Source: Schizosaccharomyces osmophilus
Taxonomy: Eukaryota
Direction: 5' to 3'
Length of the DNA: 64,000 bases
Assembly: GCF_027921745.1 (NCBI RefSeq)
Contig: NC_079238.1
Location: forward strand, 3,410,001-3,474,000
Under the pieces are notes generated by a model, which saw nothing but the letters and a program-made list of their open reading frames with translations, ran no database searches and was not told the origin of the DNA. Within the stretch, counting starts at the first letter, position 1, and the number at the start of each line of letters is the position of its first letter. Made by a program: the position numbers and the translations under genes. Of the stretch, positions 1 through 12,750 are shown piece by piece.

Positions 1-370
1 AAACAAATGAGACCATAGCAGCTGTATAGCTTGAGTCACTTACATTCAAAGCCAAATAAGTCACTGTCGGGTTGGTACTATTGATACGCTTCAATATGGT
101 GAAAGCTGCCTCTCTAGGTCTATATATGGATAAATTGAATTAGAGAAATATACGTTTCAACTCAATATACATACGCATTTCCCTTTTTGACGTTAATATA
201 ATCAGCGATTTCCAAATTCAAAGCCAAATTCGGCTCCAGATTAAATTGGTCCGTTGCTCTGTCTGTTCATGTTAGTTCACCATGCAAAGCAACTCTTCCA
301 AACACTCAAATGATGGTAGTAACGTACCAATGTATCTTGTTAACGTCCGACTAACTTTGGAGGAAAGCAT
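1..370 (-). CDS. gga21: GGA-family clathrin adaptor (VHS domain), 5' part only; runs off the window
   Basis: Not in the ORF track. Manual splicing from ATG at 370 across GT..CTAAC/T..AG introns gives MLSSKVSRTLTRYI-DRATDQFNLEPNLALNLEIADYINVKKGNA-PREAAFTILKRINSTNPTVTYLALN, a typical VHS N-terminus. Synteny fits. Confidence 0.8.
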
Positions 371-1137
371 GTTGAGTATAGATGGGCTGATTCAATATTG
401 AGTACAAAGAAAATAAACCAAAAAATAAAAGGATCCAAACGAATTCAAAAAATAGATACTTTTTATAGGACTTTACATTTATTGCACGAAGTTGTTGAAT
501 GAATTGTTTCTTGATTATAGATAGTTTATGAAAGGGTAATATCATTGTTTTTCTTCATTAGATGATACAGATATAGACGCATCCTCGTTATACAAATATT
601 AGACCTTTCCTTCATTAATACTACTACAACGAGTAAGTGTTTAAACTGGATGAAATAGGACTGAATGAACAAAATGGGATGTAATGGAGGTGAAAGTCAA
701 ATAAATAGATGAATGAGTACAGCATTACGGGATTTTCCTGCACCCTAAAGACTTATGGATGTATGAATTCATTATTACCCCTATGAGCTTTTCTGAAAAT
801 GGAAGAAATGAACCTACCTGCAGGTGGAACAGCTCAAACCTTCATATTTTGATTACCGAAATAGAGAAAAAATGGATACATGAAAAAATGGCAAATATTT
901 TTGATGTAATGACCATCCTGAATTTGACCGTTCAAGAAGAATGCCTTCGATATATATAAGCATGTTTTTAGGTAACAGATGATTTTATTATGATATATAA
1001 TTAAATCAAGGACGCCGATTTCAACAATAACGAGTATAATTGAAGCAAATTTAAAATTATACACTTTGAAAAATTTATTCATAATGACTAGTTCTATATA
1101 ACACCTATAAAAAACATTCAAATTTTGGTTTTTCATA

Positions 1138-2130
1138 ATGGGCCCCCGAAATTCAGGTAAATTTCACGGCAAGCACAATTTTAAAGGGCAAATGCCCTCG
1201 AAATTCCCTTTGCCTCTTGCGATGTGGGATTTCGGTCATTGCAATCCAAATGCTTGTTCCGGGAAAAGGTTAGAAAGACTTGGTTGCATACGGAGTTTGC
1301 GAATTGGTCAAAAGAATAAGGGAGTCGTGGTCACGTAAGTTAAGATTTATTTTTGTTTTTGTTTTATATTATTATTGCTTCAACGTGCGGATTGTGGACA
1401 GTATTGTGCATTCTAGTTTGTTGCTGTTTTTTCGCATAAAATATGTCAAAAATCAATATTATCGTCTTTGAAGATTATTAGGTCCATAGAAGCTAACTGC
1501 CTTAGACCAAACGGCAAATCGCCAGTTTCACCCGCTGATCGAGTATTTTTTGACAATGGCGGTGCGAGTGTCGTCGAATGTTCTTGGGCTAAAATTGATG
1601 AAATCCCCTTTTCAAGAATTGGAGGCCGTTGCGAACGACTATTACCCTATTTGGTTGCTACAAATCCTATCAATTATGGACGGCCTTGGAGGTTGAATTG
1701 CGCAGAAGCATTGGCAGCCTGTATGTATATCGTTGGGTACAAGGATGAGGCTCGATTGCTGATGGAGAATTTCAAATGGGGCCATGCTTTTTTCGATGTA
1801 AATGAAGAGCTTTTAGATATTTATGCTGATTGTAAAGACGCCGATGAGATTCAAATAAAACAAAAACAGTATTTGGAAGATATGGAAGCATCTTATCGAG
1901 AGCAAAGAAATACAGATCAAGGGGATATTTGGACACAAGGAAATTTGAATCACAAACCAGTCGTCGCTGACAATGATACATCCAGCAGTTCCTCAGATGC
2001 AGAGAGTAATGAAGAAGTAAATGCTGTAAAGGAACCTATACAAAACTCTGAAGATTCACAACAAGATGCAAATGAAGAAGAAGACGATGATCTTTGGAGA
2101 AATGTTGTTCGAATGAAGCTAAAAACATAA
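1138..2130 (+). CDS. tsr3: 18S rRNA aminocarboxypropyltransferase Tsr3; exons 1138-1334 and 1506-2130
   Basis: Motifs AMWDFGHCNPNACSGKRL, ECSWA and LLPYLVATNPINYGRPWRLNCAEA; intron GTAAGT..GCTAAC..TAG restores the frame; acidic tail. Confidence 0.93.
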
Positions 2131-2329
2131 AAAAGTGTCTTGTCTTATAAACAAAAATTCTAATTTCCGAATGCAAGTTTGCTCTTTACGAACATCTACA
2201 TACTAATAAAAGTAACAATAGAAAAACGGTTCGATCATTATGAAATAGATCGAACCGAAAAAAAAAAATTATTTGGCATTAAAAGTCATAATCAGTAAAC
2301 TTGTATTCTTTTGATATGAAATAACATTT

Positions 2330-5300
2330 TCAAGGCAAGTAACTCTTAAGTCCTGAAATCAGCAGGTCCTTCTTAGTAGAAGCTACTGACTTTTTTATCT
2401 CGCTCAACCAGTCTGCACTCATCTCTTCTAGATCATCCATCGTACTTTCAACATTTCCAAGCATTCTTCCTCTTTCGGTTAATTGTTCACTCATTTGATT
2501 GAAATAACTTTTTTGTTGAGGTATTCGCCGATTTTCATATTCTTTCATGCTGCCGCTAGGGGTTGCAGTCCGTGCGCTTGAATTGTGTTGTGAAGTCTGC
2601 TGTGTTGCTCCTGAAGCCTGAGACCCTACAATTGGCTTAGTAACTGGCCTGTGTTCACCTCCAAGTAGTAAATTCAATTCATCCGAATATGTTGTTTGTC
2701 CGCCCATTAGCCATTTCCAAGTAGATTGTGTTGGTCTTGGTGGAAGTGTCAAAGGGTCTTTGGTAATGAGGTTGCAAGATATAGAAGCAAACATCTTCCT
2801 TCCCATTCCTAGCACGCATCCAAATGCTAATTCTGTACCACCAATTGTTGGAAACACAATATCGCCGTCTTCTGAAATATTACCGAATCTCAACCTATAT
2901 CTGTTAGCATAGCATATAGTATTCTTTACGTACATTCTTTCGTCTATATCATCCGGCAACCTCGCACGTCGTTCTTCGGATAAATTAGGTAAAGTAAACC
3001 AGTAAACATTTAAATTTGACATTATACAAGCCACCGATCCCATTTGTTTGGAAACAGATGAAAAAATAACACTAGCCTTATAACAAGCGTGTTTACTCCA
3101 ATCCGTCGTGCTTAAACATTTACTAAATCGGGAATAGAGGCGCACTCCTGTTTCGCCAATATACAATAAATAAATCTTCTCAGATTGGACCCCTACCATC
3201 TGTAGCGCAGCTCCTGTAGCGACCGCGTGTTGTCCGGATTCTGTTAAAGGTATTATGTCGTGAACGTTATAAATACCCAATTTTTCATAAGACAAGAATG
3301 TTACTGAGTAGTATCCTGAAGCTGTCATTCCAATTTGGAAAGATAAAGCTATTCCCGTGTTGGTCACAGCTATCAGATGAATCGAAGCTGGCCCATCGTT
3401 GTTCAAGTTCATAATAACAAACTCAGCAGAGCTAATATATTCCGCGGACGAAGAGGACTTAAATTTTCTTTCAATACCGAGTTCAGAGAGAGAGGTATTG
3501 CACAATATATGAGGACCTCTAAGATCAATGACAGCTAATGAGCCATTTGCGTATCCGATGCCTACAAAACCGATATCGCTCATACAATTAGTTGTGATGG
3601 GTCCTTGTTTTAGATCAATACAAAATTGACCATAAATAATACCATCTATGGCGAAACTATCATCCAAGCGGAAAATACCAGTAGCTAGTTGGTACGGTAG
3701 CGGTTTTAGTGAATCTTTAATACGACAGACAATTACACGACCAAAACTATCTGCGCAAGAGAATTCACAGTTAGTAGAGGAAAGTGATACACTAATAATT
3801 TTTGCAGTTGGCGTAAGATGCTTACGCATAACTTCAGAAAAATCAATAGTTATACAATTTTTCGGGTTCATAAATCCTCTGGAAATATCCCATAATGAAA
3901 GGCTAAGGCCAGAAGAAGTTACTAGTACGTTTCGTACGTCTAATTTTTTTAAATAACCAGGATGGGGTGATCCTCCAGAAAATGATGAATAATGTGGATG
4001 TAAAGAAATAGAGTCTTCCATTTTATCCCAGATGTTCTTCCTCACAGCTTGAAAGTCAACAATTCGAAAATCGGGAGCTAGGAAACACAGAGAGGGAGGA
4101 AGAGACATGTTTAAGTTCACAGGCTCGCAAGTAACCAAATCAATAAGTGAAAGAGTTCCACTACGAGAGAACATCAAGAGATATCTCGGATTATGAGCAC
4201 CATTGTAATAAGGCGACATTGTTGATATTACCGCCATGTCAATAGCAGATGGGATGTCAATAAAAGGAAAGAACCTTTGAGAGCTTGGATTAGCAAAATG
4301 TTCTGCTAAAGTAGTAACATTTTGCTTTCCAGGAGTTTGAGGAAAACTAAACATTGAAATTCCTTTTACAGGAGATTCTTTAGGTAATCCTCCCAACATT
4401 AGCAAAAATGTTGAATTAGGATCCTCTCGACAGCACCAAATTATAGATTGGATTGCTTCCAAATCTGTCCTCGGAGCAGGCTTTTGCATCGCAGTATAAG
4501 TATGAATGTAAGAGTCAACAAAGTTTCTGACTTGAACGGGAATTTCTTTTTCAGTATCCCAAAAAGCTATAGAAGAATCTTCATAGAACGATAGGAAATA
4601 TTCTCCGCAAGGGCTCCAATGAACTCCTTTTACCATAGGGCGTCGGAAGCTATGTTTTGTAGACATTGTTGCTGCAGTACTTCCAGCCGCATATTCGAGT
4701 TCATAAAATTTCAAAACTGTTTCGCTACGAATAGAAAACAATACAACACCTTCAGGATAAGCAATCAACAAAAGACCAAGGTCTTTTGGATGAATCTGAA
4801 TACCTATAACAGGTGACAGTCTGCTCGATGTAGGCGCGTAAGGATATCCTAAACTGAATTAGTTTTCATGAGTTTGTGTATCCGCATTACTAACCCATAA
4901 GCTTCCATTCGTTCATTCTATCAGAATATAAATTTGGAATTTTGTAAACACCAGGTCGATGTCTTGTAACGTCCCATGGGACAATTGTACCATCGCTCAT
5001 CCCCAAATAAACCCATTCGATTGAAGGATCCGTAGATGTACAGATGACTCTTAACCTCAAGTAAAAAGTCGAGGAAGGTGTATGAAAGTTTTTGGATCTT
5101 AACAAATTATAGCTAAATATTGTATTCTGACTGTCAATGATAATTAAGTGACCTGCACACATGAGAAGGTGCAGAATATCGCTGCAGTCAGGAATAATAA
5201 CAAGCTGAGTATGTAGCTTTCCATAAATGTATATTCTCTTGCTTGTAGAGACTATATTGGTTAGAGTTTCATATCTTGATGATACTTCTCCTTTCTTATT

Positions 5301-5563
5301 TACTTACCTACAGCTAATAATCCTTGTTGATGGTCGATGCACCATTTGGCTGGAGTTCCGCAGAATCCGAATCGATTATACTATTATGAATTGGTTAATT
5401 GACCAGTTGACACGAATAAGAAGGAAGACTTTACTGTCTTGTTTATACTAACATCATCGACCATGAAAGCATCTCCTGTACCATTACTCTTCCCTTGAGC
5501 CTTTAGAAATGGATTTAAAGGAGGATCTTCTTTCTTTTTGCTAAATTTTTTAAAAAAAGACAT
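2330..5563 (-). CDS. sro7: Lgl/tomosyn-family WD40 exocytosis regulator (Sro7-like), several introns
   Basis: ATG 5563 (MSFFKK), intron 5381-5452 and further short 5' introns, 813-aa main ORF with WD40-like repeats and a C-terminal R-SNARE-like segment (QLTERGRMLGNVESTMDDLEEMS). Synteny fits. Confidence 0.82.
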
Positions 5564-6120
5564 TTTCACATGCTTCAATTTCTTGACGCTCTTGAAAAAA
5601 GCTCGATACCCTTAAATCGTATCACAGAATTGTTAGACAGAGTCAATATAGCGAATAGTAACGATATATAAAATGGAATAAAGTACTTCGTTATATTTTC
5701 CTAAATGTTCTTCCCTTTCATTATAGAAATGTCAAAGGAAAGTACGTGAGAGTATAGGCCTAACAAATTCGTCTATTCATTTAATCTTACCATTTTACAA
5801 TCTTTTATAATATACAAAATAAAATTTTGCGTGAAAGGCTGCTTTACGAAAGAGAAGCACAAAATAAGAGAAGCTAGAAACTGGGCCATGGAATGCGAAT
5901 GCTTTGAGTAACTGCATACAATCGATTCAAGAGTAAGTATTTGACTGTAAAGAAGAAATTGCAACATCTTTCAAGGGAACTGAGGTGCAGTATTTGTTAA
6001 CACCGAGTCACCCATCAATAATCGTTAGGATTTTTTTGTTTGTTAACATCCTAGGAGGAAAAAAGATCTCATATTCATACATAATCTTTCACACTTTATT
6101 CTCCTTTTTCTGTACACGAC

Positions 6121-9100
6121 ATGTCAAGTAGGGCAAGCAGTGTTTCCAGAGTCAGTGATGGAAGAAATTCACCAGCATTGTATGCTGATAGCTTAAGAAT
6201 TCGAAAAACGTTGAGTGGTGACGAATATTTCTGGAATGGAGAAAATGTACTTGAGTTTTTACAAGATCATGATCTTCACAATATTTGGAAGGATGTTCTA
6301 ATAGCTGAGAAAATCGAAGGGCAAGCGTTTGTTAGTCTTGTTAACTATGGAAATGCTCTAGGGTTGGCTCAAAAGTATAATATTCCCGATGAAGAAGCTG
6401 CTCAGCTAACGAACCGAGTTCGGCAGGCTTTATATTCATATGTAGACTCATCTGGTTTTGAATCCGCTAGAAAACTGTATTCCCCGAACTCTATAGATTC
6501 CCCGCTAAGCAAAGGCGATGATATATCCTCTGTCAATGACTTTAATGTTACTTCTTTCTTAAATAAAATCGGTCACAAGAATAGAATGAACTCCTCTTCA
6601 GAATGGCTTACTGGCTCCTCGGATGGGTTTACTGGACAAGATGGCCTAATTGCGACAGAAGAGTTACCTCGTAATTCAAGTTCGAGTTCAATGGATTCTT
6701 TAAAGCAATCGGAATACTACTCTACAAACGAAGCTCAAAAAAAGCAACCAAGCCTAGGTGATGCTAAACTATCTAGAAGCAGGAGTGTTAGCAAGAGACA
6801 AAGCACTGATTATAAAGAAAAGTCAAACAACTTTCTAAAAAAATTTCGCGTCCCCGGCTTTTCACGCGAGAAAGAGAAAGAGAAAGTTAAAGAAAAATCG
6901 CCTTTTCCGACTTCACCATCAGCAAAAGTCTTTTCGAAATTAAGTTTAAAGAACACTTCCGAAGCCTCTTATTCTGAGACTTGGGTTCCTCGTGTCCACC
7001 GGTTGGAAAGTCAAATTGGATTAGGTCTAAAAAAGCAAGCGTTTGTTCTGGCTACAACAGATGACGAAACCTTCACTGCTGTTAATATCACTAATGTAAA
7101 CTCGGCTTATCAACTGCGTGAAACGCTGGTAAGGAGTGTCTCTTTAGATTGCTCTCCGGCAGAGTGTCATATCTATCTTACCGAAGTAGGTGGTGCCCAA
7201 TATATTGAATCTCTTGATGACATTAAACTGGATATTACCAGACGTTATGTTGATGAATTTGGGACAATTAAGTTTTTTATAATCCCTGCCAGAGACGCTT
7301 CATTGCCTGAGAAGGTGTCAAATGATACAGTTACTGTGTCATCAAGATCGTCCAGCAATGCCAACTTCAAGCATCCTGCAGATGAAATTAAGTATTTTCA
7401 AAATATTAACTCAAATCCACAATCGAAAAGGAACATCAGACATTCAGTACTCACTTCCGATTTTGACAAAGAAACTCCTGTCAACGCAGTACCTCCTGGC
7501 ACTCAAAATGATAAGAAGCTTGGCTCTGCTCCGAATTTGGCAGTTTTACAAGAGCCCCCATCTCGGCGTTTTCGTGGCTTTGAAAAAATTAGGGGTGCGA
7601 AAGGCGAAATGGCTGCTAGGATCCTTGACGGCACTGAAGAAGATACTGGAAAAAATAGATTTAAAGTACTGAGGCCTCATAAGAAAATTACTTTAAAGCT
7701 TCCTTCAAACAGTTCTGCATCATCCGAATTAAATCCCAAGCCCTCATTAATGGGTAGAAATTTTATAGCTCATAGAGATCCACCTTCTCCTCCAGATTTT
7801 GATACTGCTCCTAAACGTACAAGTACCATAACCAGACGATCTAGTTTGCGCTATGTACATTCACCTCGTTCTAACGATTTCGAGGATACAAAAATAACGG
7901 GAGTTAACTTTACAGATGATACTAGCGAATTCACAGATTGGAAAAATGACTTTTCATTTAATAATGCCCCTGCCTTTGATGAATCGGAAATTCCAAATGA
8001 TACCTTTTGGGCTGTTCAGCCTAAAAATCTTCAGGAAAGTACCCCGGAAATGCTGAACAAGAGGAATTCTCTTAAAAGATCACCAGTTACGGCCGATAGC
8101 CAAATAAATCAGCGTACTGTTCCTGAATTTTCACATGGCGATGATCTGGCTTTAAATTTATCACCCTTATCACACCATATAAGAAAAATGAGCATAAAGA
8201 ATGAAGCTCCTATTTCATTAAAAGATGAAGAGCAAAGTAAATGGGAAGTTCGTCCCTCTGCTGATGATCTGTATAGAAACGTTGATCAGTTTTTCCCTCG
8301 ATATAATTTAGACAATGTGCTAGTTTCCGATAATTCGAAAGCTGTGTCTTCCCCTTCGAAAACTTCAATCAGGCCAAAAGTTAAATCTGTGCGTTTTTTG
8401 GCTCGTGAAGTATTTGAGGCTCGTAAGGCACTACTGAGAAATAACAGAAAAAATAAAGGTGGTGATTTATTGCGACGCTCAAGTACAAAATTTTGGGGCT
8501 CCAAGATAGAAGAGGTTAAGCCTGAAGGAAATGGTGCCTCAAATTCAGTTTTAAGTCCAAGCAATGATACGCCAACTTTCAAATGGTTAAAAGGAGATTT
8601 GATTGGAAATGGAACTTATGGCAGAGTGTTCATAGCAATGAATGTTAACACTGGTGAACTAATTGCCGTAAAGCAGGTTGAAATTCCCCAAACCGTTAAT
8701 ACGTATCACGAAAGACTCTGGAAAAACATTGTTGATTCCATAAATTCTGAGATAGAAACAATGGCTGATTTGGAACATATCAATGTGGTACAGTATCTTG
8801 GGTTCGAAAAAACCGACACCGATATAAGTATATTCTTGGAATATGTCTCCGGTGGTTCAGTTAGCCGTTGCTTGAGGAACTTTGGGCCTTTTGAAGAATC
8901 TGTAGTACAATTTATCACCAAACAAGTTTTGCTAGGCTTGGCTTATTTACACTCAAAAGGCATTATTCACCGTGATCTTAAAGCTGATAATTTGTTGATT
9001 GACTTTGATGGTATATGCAAAATTTCTGATTTCGGTATATCTAAACATAGCGAAAACGTGTATGGTAACGATGCAAATCTTTCCATGCAAGGTACTATTT

Positions 9101-9465
9101 TTTGGATGGCACCGGAAGTCATCGATAGCAATCATCGCGGTTATAGTGCTAAAGTTGATATATGGTCACTTGGGTGCGTTGTATTAGAAATGCTAGGAGG
9201 CAATAGACCGTGGTCAACGGACGAAGCAATTCAAGCCATGTTTAAATTAGGAACTGAGAAGAAACCACCTCCCTTCCCTTCTGAGCTCCGTAAAAATGTT
9301 TCAGATGACAGTATAAATTTCCTGAATGATTGCTTCACAATCGACGCAGATAAACGACCAACAGCAGAAGAATTGTTGAGTCATCCCTTTTTAAAGCTTG
9401 ATAGTACGTTCAATTTTGAAAGTACAGAGCTCTACAGACTACTACATGAAAGGCACGCTAAGTGA
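6121..9465 (+). CDS. mkh1: MAP kinase kinase kinase of the cell-integrity pathway (Bck1/Mkh1 type)
   Basis: 1114 aa with a C-terminal STE11-family kinase domain (GNGTYG, AVKQV, HRDLKADN, DFG, GTIFWMAPE). Confidence 0.92.
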   Translation: MSSRASSVSRVSDGRNSPALYADSLRIRKTLSGDEYFWNGENVLEFLQDHDLHNIWKDVLIAEKIEGQAFVSLVNYGNALGLAQKYNIPDEEAAQLTNRVRQALYSYVDSSGFESARKLYSPNSIDSPLSKGDDISSVNDFNVTSFLNKIGHKNRMNSSSEWLTGSSDGFTGQDGLIATEELPRNSSSSSMDSLKQSEYYSTNEAQKKQPSLGDAKLSRSRSVSKRQSTDYKEKSNNFLKKFRVPGFSREKEKEKVKEKSPFPTSPSAKVFSKLSLKNTSEASYSETWVPRVHRLESQIGLGLKKQAFVLATTDDETFTAVNITNVNSAYQLRETLVRSVSLDCSPAECHIYLTEVGGAQYIESLDDIKLDITRRYVDEFGTIKFFIIPARDASLPEKVSNDTVTVSSRSSSNANFKHPADEIKYFQNINSNPQSKRNIRHSVLTSDFDKETPVNAVPPGTQNDKKLGSAPNLAVLQEPPSRRFRGFEKIRGAKGEMAARILDGTEEDTGKNRFKVLRPHKKITLKLPSNSSASSELNPKPSLMGRNFIAHRDPPSPPDFDTAPKRTSTITRRSSLRYVHSPRSNDFEDTKITGVNFTDDTSEFTDWKNDFSFNNAPAFDESEIPNDTFWAVQPKNLQESTPEMLNKRNSLKRSPVTADSQINQRTVPEFSHGDDLALNLSPLSHHIRKMSIKNEAPISLKDEEQSKWEVRPSADDLYRNVDQFFPRYNLDNVLVSDNSKAVSSPSKTSIRPKVKSVRFLAREVFEARKALLRNNRKNKGGDLLRRSSTKFWGSKIEEVKPEGNGASNSVLSPSNDTPTFKWLKGDLIGNGTYGRVFIAMNVNTGELIAVKQVEIPQTVNTYHERLWKNIVDSINSEIETMADLEHINVVQYLGFEKTDTDISIFLEYVSGGSVSRCLRNFGPFEESVVQFITKQVLLGLAYLHSKGIIHRDLKADNLLIDFDGICKISDFGISKHSENVYGNDANLSMQGTIFWMAPEVIDSNHRGYSAKVDIWSLGCVVLEMLGGNRPWSTDEAIQAMFKLGTEKKPPPFPSELRKNVSDDSINFLNDCFTIDADKRPTAEELLSHPFLKLDSTFNFESTELYRLLHERHAK

Positions 9466-9646
9466 TGACCAGGAAACTTTCCATGATATGCCGCTATTTA
9501 TTTTATTTTATTAATATCTTGATTTGAGGTTAGATAATTAAATTAAACCCCTCAACATAGAAATATAATGCTCAAAAAAACTCTAATATATATTAAACTA
9601 TATCCCAATACCAACCATCACAAAATAGCTTTTAGATCGTTCAAAA

Positions 9647-12083
9647 TCAATTTTTCTTAAACGAGGTACTTTTTCCCTCAGGTACTTTAGGCTTTTTAAG
9701 CTCTTTGACATTCCGTCTTACCTGAGTAGCTCTGTTCAACGGATTAAAGCTCTTTTCATTTTGATTTCGTACAACTCGCTTTCGTTCATCCATTTTCAAC
9801 AGGAAATTATCTTGATTGGAATAGTCAAAAGCTTCGCTTGAAGTCGGACCTCCTTGAGTTTCAGAATCAGCAACAGGAAATGAACCTGCATTTTGGGTTT
9901 CTTTTTTCTTTTTCTTCCTTTGTCTCTTTTTCTTTGATGAACTCATATCTTCGCTATCATTAGCAACAGGCAAGGCTTGATCCGTTGGATTTATTGTATC
10001 ATCCAACGATGGCATATTTGTATTCATTGCTGAAGATGGACGCTTCTTTTTATTTATGCCAAGTTGTCGGACGACTATGGAGTTTTCTTCACTTTCACCT
10101 TTCTCGGGTTGTTTTTCAGTAGTTGTTTCGTTTTGTAAATTAGACTCATCGGAACGCTCTTTGGAAAAATTTTCTTCCTGCACTGTAGTAGTTTGATGTT
10201 CGACATTTGGACTAACATTCAGAGATATCTTCTCAGTCACGGACAGCAGTTTTTCCTTTCTATCATTCGAAGTAGATGGAAAAGTTACTTGAGCAGTAAA
10301 AAGATCTGATGTTTTGGCCATTAATTTTTTCAAGGCTGTAATATTCTTCTTACTTGGCTCAAAAATATCAAGGTTAGGAGCAGTCTTATCATACTCTTCA
10401 ACGGCATTGCTAGCGACGGAGGTCTTAAATGAAACAGCTTCATTAGTCATTCCAAAGGCTTGCTCTTCATCAATTTTCTTATTAAAAGCATTTTCAGCAT
10501 CACGTATAACTTGCACTATTTCATCGGCATACATACGGACAAGAGGGGTGAGCTGCTTGCTTATAGAAAGTAGGTCTAAAGTTTCCATCGGTTTATTCGC
10601 AGCAATAGTAGTTAACAAGTGGTTGGGCATAACATACCGGACACTTTCATCTTCCTTACGTGCAGTACTGTCACGCCAATCGTGTAAAGCTCTAAAAATT
10701 GAAATTGCCTCCCTTCCGATTATTTTTGTAGAACCAAATTTGGAAAGGACATTACGCCAACCGTCCGTTCCTAGACCGTACACAGGATCGTATGGTTCAA
10801 CTTCGTATTTACGAAGAGCAATTTGTTTACTGTTGTTCTCCACGGTTTGTAGGAGGTTCTCTTTTCTCTTGGTAGAATTCTCAAGTAGGTCATTACGAAG
10901 GTGATCCCATATATACAATAGGTAATGGGTGTCAGATTGCGCATAGGATAGCATATCCTTTGGCAATGGACGAATTCGCCAATCAGCCATTTGGTATCGT
11001 TTGTCAGCCTCATAGTCACAATACTTCTTCAGAAGGAAAGCCAAGCCATGCCCTTCAAACCCCAAAACTTTGGTTGCACAATATGTGTCAAAGATGTTTA
11101 CAATATAAAGACCGAAGTCACGTTGTAACCAAATAATGTCCATATTAGCACCATGGAGTACTTTTATTATTTTAGGATCTGTGAAGACAACATTTAAACA
11201 TTGTAACTCTTCACGGAGCTGCAAAGTATCAACCACCCAATCGTATTTGCGATTACTTATTTGCATAAGACAAACATATCCCCGAAAAGACCGGTAATCG
11301 TGGTGTTCCAAATCGATTGCGATAGCATTGCTTTCTTTTAACTCTTTCAGCATATCCTTTAAAGCTTCCTCGGTATCAACCCAAATAGGGGCGGTTTCCT
11401 CAACAGGTCCAGTATCAATTGGGTTTGTCATCTCATAAACCCAAGGAGGGTATCGGTTATTCTTTATTTCGGTTCCATAAGGATGGGGCAAAGAGTTGGC
11501 CAAACTGGGGTCTGATTCAACTTGCGTTACAAGTTTATCCAAAGGCACAAGCGCGTTTGGTTTTTCAGTGAGCTTCCAAAACCAATTAAGATCTCTATCG
11601 TTATTTGGTGAATTTTGAAAGCGTAGCTGAGGCTTTGGCAAATGAGCAGCATGTATCATTCTGTAAGGAAGCTTTTCTTTCTTCTGCTTCTTTGGAGCGG
11701 CAGCAGGCAAAGGGCTTGACTCAATCTTTGGTTTCTTTAATAAACCTTTAAACTTGTCTAGGCAATAATCCTGCAATATTGTTAGCTCGTTTACAGAGGA
11801 GGTCCAGTTAACATACTGTTTTCTCAAAAAGAATATCCAAGGTATCAGAAACCTCCATCCATCGATTCTCAATATCTTCAACATCTACAAAATCAGACGC
11901 TCTATTCTTGTCAACCTTTGAAAAAAGCAGCTGAATATTTTTCAAAACTCTTGTAGAAACATTTTTCAAATTTTCGCTGAATTCTGAGTCAATTGATCTG
12001 TAAAAAGGAATATCCAATTTCTCTAACTCAGAACAGAATGCCGTAGTATTCATAAAATTTCTAAACAACCTTGTCTCATCCAT
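9647..12083 (-). CDS. rrp6: Nuclear exosome 3'-5' exoribonuclease Rrp6; intron 11771-11816
   Basis: DEDD exonuclease motif [27 protein letters not shown] region ([19 protein letters not shown]); PMC2NT-like first exon joined by a GTATGT..CTAAC..CAG intron. Confidence 0.95.
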
Positions 12084-12750
12084 TCTGTTTGTCTTTTGTT
12101 TTACCTTACCCTATACCATAGGGGTTGGTGGAGAGTAAGAGTAATTAGGAGATGGAGCACTACTCAGTTTAAGGACACAAAATAATAGAAGCAGAATGTA
12201 TATATTCGACAACAGTCTAAAAGTAAATAGTAAAGTAAAAATTTTTAAGTAAATCGTCCTAAGTGAAAGAATAGGGCGAATTTGAGACTGAAATTGATTT
12301 TGGTGAATGTCGCCAGCAGTTTAAATGTTTTGCTACATTATCGGGACGCTACTCTGTAGATGCAAAATGTTTGATGGACATTTGCGCACTTTCCTAATTT
12401 TGTTTTGTTTATAATTTCTGTAAAAGCTTGTAAGCGTCCTGAAAATAATTTAACACGTCTCTTGGTACTGTCGAAACAATGTAACGTTAAAAAGAAAAGG
12501 AAAAAACATTACAAATAAATTAAAAAGAGAGTCAAAGAATTTATAGAACTACGTATTCGAATAAACACGTATAGTTAGTAGGATAGTAGGTAAAATAATA
12601 GGCAATAAGCAAGGTTCCCATTTCAGAAGTCAGACGCAAGAAACATTTTACGGATACAAAAAGCTTATACTGTTGGTAAAGTCAGACTACAATGTGTTCA
12701 TTGCAGAATAGGATGTTAAATCATTCGTCAATAGTTTATCATTTTATTAA

